Source of the DNA: Piromyces finnis finn
Taxonomy: Eukaryota > Fungi > Neocallimastigomycota
Assembly: GCA_002104945.1 (NCBI GenBank)
Contig: MCFH01000073.1
Span: 164,734 to 228,733 of the forward strand
Direction: 5' to 3'
Length of the DNA: 64,000 bases
Shown: positions 51,301 through 64,000 of the stretch, piece by piece
How positions within the stretch are numbered: the stretch's first letter is position 1
How the letters are laid out: every line of letters begins with the position of its first letter
Notes under the pieces: model-generated
Databases searched by the model: none
What the model was told of the DNA's origin: nothing
Seen by the model: only the letters and a program-made list of their open reading frames with translations
Made by a program: the position numbers and the translations under genes

Positions 51301-54300
51301 TGAGAAACATATTTTGAAGTCATTAAGTTTTGTAACATAACTTGGTTATCTTCAAGAGTTTCAACAAGTTCTTCAGAACTAATAAGAATATATGTATTTG
51401 GTCTAGATCTTTCTTTGTATTCAAATTCCATAGTTCCCCATGTTTTACTTAAATCATTTAATACCTTTTCCATACTTAATTCCTTTGTAGCACGATCAAC
51501 AATATTTCTTACATCATCTTCAAATCTATGAAGTTGAAGACTTAAAAGATCTTGGAACTTCAAATCATCCGTCATAACAAAAGTGACACCAGTTGTTTTC
51601 ATAAGTTGCTTCCAGTGACGTTCACGAATTGCACTACTTCTTAATTCACCAACAGCTCTTAAACTTGTAATCATATCCTTTACATGTTGGTCAATACCGG
51701 TGTATACATTCCAGGCTTTGATTTCTTTATCCATTTTTCTTAAATCTTTAGAAAATTCACGACATGTCTGTTCCATAACATCTGGATCAATTTCAGTCCA
51801 TAATGTTGACTTCCAATCATTAAAGGTATTGGTAACAAGACCAACATAATCCCAAATTGTCTTTAACATGCTAATATCCTTTCTACATTCAGATAATTGC
51901 TTGTATTGTGGGCAATTTAATTCAAATAATTCACATGATTCTCTTAATTGTTGACATTCTTGTTCCATTTGTAATACTTCGAAATGGCATTCATTAATTA
52001 ATTCATATGCATTAGTACAACCAATATTATACATAAATGGTGCTTTTTGTCTGAACTCTTCCTTGAAGTTATAATTACGCATTTCAAATTTATTACATTT
52101 TTGTTGTAATATATCAACTTCTTTAGCTTGTAATGGAGCTACGACTTCTTTAACAGATTGTGATAATTTTTTAGTATCATCCCATACTTCTGGTAAATCA
52201 TTTAATAATTTATGAATATCTTCAGGCAATTCTACGCCAAATTGTCTTAAAAGATTAATTGTTTTTCGAAGAGGTTCAAACGATTTACCTATATCATTTC
52301 TCTTTTTCATTTCATGTAATAATCCCATTGAGTAAACCAACGCATTATAGTCACCTTCCTTAACTTCTTTTTGAAGACCACCTTTAGTATTTGTAATGAA
52401 TTCATTCATTTCATTTAATGTACGAGTAGTTTCATCACTTAAATATTTTGTAAGTGTGTAACTCCATTTCTTAACAATAATATTCAGACTTTGTTTTAAT
52501 GGCTTAGCATCAATTTTTAACCATCCTCTAAATATCACTTCTGGGTCTAATGCCTTAATAGTCTTATGAATATTTTCAAATTTACGAATTTCAACTTCGA
52601 ATTTCTCTAATTGGAACATGGAATTATCATCCTCTTCTTTAGGTTTGCCATTTTCATTTTCATTTTGTTCTTCGCCTCCTTCGTCATTTTGTGTATTTTC
52701 ATTTTCAGTTTCAGTTTTCTTTGTTTCATCTTTACTAGTTTCTTCAGTTTCTTGTGGTTCACTTCTTTCATATGGAGTTTCTAAGAATGTAACCATCCAT
52801 TCATCACGATCTTTTTCCCATAAATATGAGAATTGATCAAAACTATGTAAATATTTCTTACAATCATCAATAATATCTCTAACACGAGAAATTAATTGAT
52901 TCTTTAATTCTTCTAATTCAGGATTCTTTAACATTTCACCTAAATAACCTTCATCTTCATCTAATCCAGCTTCTTTAGAATCTGAATTACTTTCAGTTGT
53001 TTTCAAATTACTAACCTCAGTACTTTTATGTTCTGTAGAATCATTTTCATTTTTGTTTTTGGAATCACCTTGTTCAACGGTATCTTCTGATTCCTTAGTT
53101 ATTTCACTAGTTTCATTATTTTTTTCTGTCTTTTCTTCACTGTTTTCTGTTCCTGTTGTTTCTTTATTTTCATTTGAATCTTGTTTAACTACACTATTAT
53201 TTTCTAATCCTGTAATTTCACTTTCAACATTATTAGGATTATTTACTCTCTTCATTAAAACAGAGACTTGATATATATCTCTTAATATTGTTAAGAATAT
53301 ATTCATAAAGTTATTTGGTGCTTCTGTTTAAAAATATTAATATTGTATGATTAATATTAGCATTTACTATTTTAGAAAATAATATATTAATAGAATTTAC
53401 CTTCATCTATACTTGGAGTAAATGTGAGTTTATTTTGAATAAATTCAATTCTTGAATCCATAATTGGCGATAATTCACATTTTTTTAAGTATTCAATATC
53501 CATATTATCTAGGAAATAGGTAAGACTACATTTAATTGTATTGAAGAAACCATCTGCGACTACTGTATCTACATAATCTGCATAATTTCTCCAATTTGGA
53601 TCATTTTGATCAACATTATAAGCATTTCTTGTATCTTCTAAATATTTAAATATTGTTTTTCCATCATTTTGAATTAAATCATATATAGTCTTAAGTTTCG
53701 CATCCTTATCATCAAGATTTAATGGCTTTTTACTATCTTTTCTTTCAATTAATGGTGCAGAATACCATTTTTTCATTAAATTTTGCATTTGAACTACATT
53801 ATTCTTTCCTGTTTGAATAATTTTTAATAATCCTCCAACGCTGTCTTGAATACTTTTAATGAAATCATCAATTATATCTGATCTCCAATTAATAACAGAT
53901 AATGCCTATTTAAATTATTGTTTTTTTTAATAAATTCTATTATGAGTATTCTTTTTTTATACAAAATTTTATTTTATCTTTGACTATAGAATTAATTATT
54001 TACCTGTTCAAATTGTTTATCAATTTGATTTACTCTTTCTTGTATTAATGGTCTTTCAACATCTAATACTGTCAACTTAATATTGTTATATTGTGTAACA
54101 ACATGATCTAATTCGAAAATATTATTTCTGAAAACTTCATCTTTATCATAAACTGATTGAGCTTTTTCGGGAGCTTGAATACCTAAACTACTTAAATATT
54201 TAACTTCTTTAAGTAAAGCTATTACCTTTGGATCAAAGTTAACACTAAATAACGATAATGAATCTTGAATTGATCTTGTTAATAAAGGATTATCAAGATT

Positions 54301-55810
54301 TGCTTCAGAATCATTAATGATATTATCTGACCAATCTTTAAATAATCCTTGCTCATATTCATCCAATTTTCTATAAATATCGTCATACTTTATTTTAATT
54401 AATTTTGCTTCTTCAGATTCAAGCAATATTTTATGATTTAACTGTATATTAATATTATTGTTGATATATAAGTATTAAAATGAATAAATGAATATACTAT
54501 TTTGTTTAAAAAAATATTTTATTTTTATATATTAAATATACATACTTCTTTAAATTTATTCATTACGGAATTAATTCTTTCTTTAAGTTCATGAGTCCAT
54601 TGAAGAGCACCAGTTACAGGAGCCATATTATAATGAATTGATGGATTGCTCTTCAACTTTAAGAATATTAAATTAACTTCATCTAAATCAGTATCATATT
54701 CCTTTAATAAATCATAATATTTCTTTTCAAATATTTCACCAATAATTGGTCTTGCTAATAGACCTGAAAATCCTTCAATTAATCTGAAACGAGAATGAAT
54801 ACTACTACAATCATCAAAAGCTTGACATATTATAGTACTACATAATATATATATATTATATATAAGGATTAAATTATTATACAAATAATTAATAAATATT
54901 AAAAATTTGTATTTAATTAATTACCCAATTCTTCTATCTAAATCAGATATTTTATCATGGAATTTTGCAAGATCTTCTCTAAATTTATAATTATTTAAAT
55001 CTAATACGTCATATTCAATTTTTGTCCATTCTTGGAAAGTTGCAGTAAATTCATTAAATATTTTTACAACTTCAGAACTTAAAATTTTTCCCTATTATAA
55101 CAAGAAAAAATAAGTATTAATTTTCAACTATACAATATAATTAATATCAATATTTTTACCTTTGTACCACCAATTTCTATTTTTTCTAAACGATTAAACT
55201 CAATTATAGTATCAAAAAATTCAGATAATTGCTTAATTCTTAGTATAAACTGATCAAATCTTGAAAATACTAATTTTGTATCGAAATTCCATGGACGTTC
55301 AGTTTCAGCTATTTTTGCTTTATATTCATAATATATTGATTTGAACTTTTGACATGCATGTAATACTAGATTTATTTTTTCTAATCCTTCATCTGGTTCA
55401 ATTCCAAAGATTTCTGTTGGTTGAATGAAATTTTGAGCCTTTTTAATATTTATAAATAATATAATTAAAATTTAATTTCCCTATTAAGTAATTTTTATAT
55501 TATTTTCACTTACCTGTTCTATGATTTCATTACATATTTCTTGAAGTATTACTATTACTCTTCCTGGTACATTATAATATTTTGAATGATTCCATATAAG
55601 CATTATTACATGTAATAATGGAGGAAATTGTTGGATCATTTCATTAAAATCTGATGTTGATGATAATGTTTCAACTAATGGTCTTAATGGAGTTAAATGT
55701 AAATTAATATCGGTTGCTTCTTCAAGAGCTATAATATGTTATAAAAAACATTAAATAATCATTAATTATCTTAATTTAAAAATTATATAAATATTATTTT
55801 AAGTTTCTAT

Positions 55811-55857
<47 letters not shown>

Positions 55858-56987
55858 TATTAAAGAAAAATATATTACCATTTTTTACTTCATCAAAAAT
55901 TTGTTGGAAAGCTGGGTAATAAGTGCTTTTACTACTTTGAAGTAAATCAGCAATTGATTGGAATTTATCATCTGATAATTGTTGGTATATACATTTTAAA
56001 TTTGCTTCTTTAGCTTCCCAAAAATCAATTTCTACTTGTGGGGTTGGATATAATCCTTCTTCTAATGGTGTAGCTGAACTACTTCTGATAACCTCTTTTA
56101 TTTGATATGTCCAATCAATAACAGCGGATTCAAGAGTATGTAATAATGCTTTATCATTTTCTGAAAAATCATTATTTCCATGTGGTAAAGGTAAAAGTGT
56201 CTTTCCCTAAAAATATATTAATAGTTTAAAAAAATTTTAAATATAACATCATATTATATTATTATTAACTAGTATTATTTATACATTATTTATTATGTAT
56301 CTTAATATAAATGAGATATATTTATATTCCTATAATTATACTTACTTTTGTTTTTCCTGAAATAACATATACTGCACCATTAACTTTATAAAAATGCCGT
56401 AGGACATCTGTAGCTACAACCTCTGGCCATGAATCCATGTTTTTTGAATTTGTTAATAATGGTAAATATACTTCTTCTAGTATAGTATTAAGATATTCTA
56501 ATGGATTAGCTGCAAGATCACCAATTGTAACATTGTTTTCTAATGTTTCAGGTATAGGTTCATTTAATGTATTTTTTAGAACAAATAAACCCTTCTTTTT
56601 TAATACAGAAGGAAATGTTAAAGTTACAGTTAATTCTTCACGTGCATTTAATAAAAAGATAAGTGTATTAACTTCTGGGGTATCAAGAAATTGTTGTATT
56701 GTTTCACTTAATAATAATAGTAATGATATAGTAGTATTGAATACAGTAAATATATAAAATGTTACATTTCTGATTATAAAATAATAATATTATAATTTAT
56801 ATGAAAGAATATAATACCAATTATCTTGAGTTGATACTAATTTATCCCATTTTTCTGATTTTAATTTTAACTGTGAAATTATTCTATCTCTTAGCCATTC
56901 TGCTCTTGGATCAACTTTTACAATTTTTTCTTCATTCCCACTATCTTTACTAGGGGTTGAAGGTGTCCCCTTCTTTGAAGATGACAT
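42312..56987 (-). CDS. Axonemal outer-arm dynein heavy chain, beta type (DNAH9/11/17-like); about 10 exons, last exon ~11 kb
   Basis: AAA1 GPAGTGKTETVKDLGRAL..VYVFNCSEQMDY...CFDEFNRISVEVLSVVA closely resembles the DNAH9/17 signature; further P-loops GNAGSGKS, GNAGCGKT, GVGGSGKQ; stalk coiled coil. Upstream exon ORFs at 53387, 53992, 54525 and 56790. Confidence 0.93.
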
Positions 56988-58452
56988 CTTTAAGTTCTAT
57001 TTCTTTTTTCTTTATTTTTCTTTTATTTTTATTAAAAAATAAAAATGATTCTAAAAAAAAAAAAAAAGAAAAAGAAGAAAAGAACTCTAATTTGCTATAC
57101 CGATTGAATCAAATATTTTATTGAATTATTTAATAACACAATAGATAAGACATAAAAAAGATAATAAAAGAATTGGAAATATAATATAAATGAAAAATAT
57201 CCGTTAATACTATTTATTTAAATAAATTTTATCTTCCTAAAATATTCAAAATATTAAATAATATTATATTAAACAATGATGTTGGTGTTGTTATTATATT
57301 AATCCAAATTGTTTACAATCTTCTTTAATTTTTTATATAAAAGCTATGATAATGATAATAATAAATTTTGTTTTTCTTCGATAATATTTTACTATTTTTA
57401 AACAAAAATATTTTTTTTCAAAATACTGTATTATAATTCAGGTTCTTTATTTCCGATATTGTTTATTCAATTATTCAATATTTTGTATGTTATATTGATT
57501 AATTACTTATATATATCCTCTTATTTATATAATATTTTTATGGTAGTATATATAAATAATTACATTAAAATTTTATTATTGAATCCTTCAATCCTTCTTA
57601 GTAATAATTACTTAGTATAATTATATACATATATATATTAAAAAATTAAAATTATAAAAACAATTTTTAATTTTCAGTTATTTTTATTATTATTTATTAT
57701 TATTATCAATTCCACAAAATATTTATTCAAACTTTAAAAATAATAAAAAAATTTCTTTTTTTTTTATTCATACTTGGATAAAACTATAAGTTAAATAAAT
57801 ATATAAATATACATTTAAATTTAATAGTCAATTAATATTAATATGCTTGTAATAATTCATTATTAAATAATGTTAATTATAATATTAATTTTATTTTTTT
57901 ATAATAATTTCTTTAAAAATTGAAATTAGTAATATTATAACTTTATATTATTCTCAAAATCACAATCAATTATAACTGACGGAGCTTAAAATAACAACAA
58001 CAACAATAACAAATAACTAGTAAAAAAATATTATTTTATTGTATATGTATACCTAAAAAATTTTATTAACTTTAATTATTAATCTAATCTTTCATTAAAT
58101 AATTTTGTGGTTAATATAAAAATTAATTTTTAATCCTTTTCAAAATTAAACATTTCTTTTATATATTATTATTTACAACAAATAATGAATTTTAATTGTG
58201 TATTTATTAGTATATCATTGTTTACAAGTTGTCGTTTTTATTACTTTAGTTTTTTTAATTGATTAATTGATTAAATTATAAAATTATATAACATTATTAT
58301 TATTAAATTTGCAAAGTTTAAAATATTATATTATTATAATAGAATGTAAATAATAAAAAAAAGATTGGGTTTTATAATTCAATAGTATATAGTTATCATT
58401 GTATATTAAAACTTGTATTATTTTACAATTATATTTCGTATTAATTAAATAA

Positions 58453-62918
<4,466 letters not shown>

Positions 62919-63619
62919 TTTATTGACATTGGATTGGGGATTGATTGATAGTTTCAATAAATTATAAATTGTATATACTTAATAATATTGAAAATTAAAT
63001 TATTCAAGTTTAATTTATATATATAAAAGAAATAGAGAAAGTTTTTTTTTTTTTTTCATGAACTTATTGGAAGTGTATTTTTTTAAAAAAATCCTCTTTC
63101 AATATTATAGTTAAAAGAAAAAGAAAGTTTATAATTATATCTTTTTAATTAAATTAATTACTAAATATATAAAAAAATTAGAATGAAATAACACATAGAT
63201 TTTTATAATTAGTTTTAATGTTTTCTTTATATTTAGTAATAATACTCCATTTTATTAATTTTAAATAAAATTAACTTGGAATAAAATATTATAAATTAAA
63301 GTTTACGGTAATTATTTCTATAAATCAAATATAAAAACCATTTTTAAATAATGTATATACTAATGTACGTACATATATTAATTATAAATACATTAAATTT
63401 TAAAATTTTTCAAACATTCATGCATTAATTTACAAATACATAATGTAATAATGTAATAGCTAAACCAAGTAAATCTTAATTTAATAGGAAATAAAATAAC
63501 ATGATTGGATATAAAACTCTCTAATAAATTATTTTTTTTTTTCTGAATAAAAACAAAATGAATCTAAAATATTATTAATTCCTTCTCTTATATAATTATT
63601 CTTGTAAGGAATATATAAA

Positions 63620-64000
63620 ATGGTAATTATTTTTTATATATTTATTATTAATAGATGGACATCCATTTAGATTATATTATAATTATAAATTTATTGATTA
63701 ATATGATGATTTACTTGTATGGTCCGTGTTGTTGAGTGGGAAGTAAGACACCCAAATGCAATGATATCACCTTTTTCCTACACTTCTGAAATCAATAAAT
63801 TTAAATTAAAAAGTATTTATATTATAAATTTATAGATAAATGTATTAATAATTTTATTTTCAATTTTAATATAATTAGTCCGCTGCCGCAAGACCAGTTA
63901 TCAGTGTATTTTCTCAATCTGGTGAAGGTGCTTCCACCGTAACCCTCCCAGCTGTTTTCAAGGCTCCAATCCGTCCAGATATTGTTAACTCTGTTCACAC
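63620..64000 (+). CDS. RPL4: 60S ribosomal protein L4 (uL4), 5' part
   Basis: ATG at 63620-63622, intron 63623-63878, then [10 protein letters not shown]...[19 protein letters not shown], the eukaryotic uL4 N-terminus; runs off the window. Confidence 0.93.
63699..63794 (+). ncRNA. SNORD18: Intronic box C/D snoRNA, U18/snR18 family
   Basis: C box ATGATGA 63703-63709; guide TGGTCCGTGTT 63720-63730, complementary to conserved LSU rRNA AACACGGACCA; D' TTGA 63732-63735; D box CTGA 63786-63789; 14-bp flanking stem (63686-63699 with 63790-63803). Mature ends approximate. Confidence 0.88.

Noticed and set aside
42568-53271. Plus-strand ORFs overlapping the dynein gene, and alternative-frame ORFs over the LINE, CE1 and phosphoesterase genes
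   Set aside because: Shadow ORFs expected from biased codon usage of the real genes; no recognisable domains.

Overview
Very AT-rich, intron-containing eukaryotic DNA, almost certainly from an anaerobic gut fungus (Neocallimastigomycota): it carries fungal double dockerins, an axonemal dynein and long (AAT)n tracts. From left to right: (1) the last codons of a CBM18 chitin-binding gene; (2) three head-to-tail copies of one APE-type non-LTR retrotransposon (full length, 5'-truncated, full length with two frameshifts). Two different target-site duplications show separate insertions into about 35 bp of original DNA. The element has tandem structured ~124-bp 5' units and a GC-rich pseudoknot-like fold over its stop codon; (3) a ZIP zinc transporter with one frameshift; (4) six minus-strand secreted or surface hydrolases: three membrane-anchored metallophosphoesterases, a dockerin-bearing CE1-type esterase and two tandemly duplicated HGG/GHSAG esterases; (5) OTU1; (6) an outer-arm beta-type dynein heavy chain; (7) a ~20-exon STE20/MAP4K kinase with a CNH domain; (8) the start of RPL4, with a U18 C/D snoRNA in intron 1. 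Gene models, alignments and RNA folds were all worked out by eye. No database search or folding software was run, so family calls rest on recognised motifs. Several 1-bp deletions may be assembly errors.
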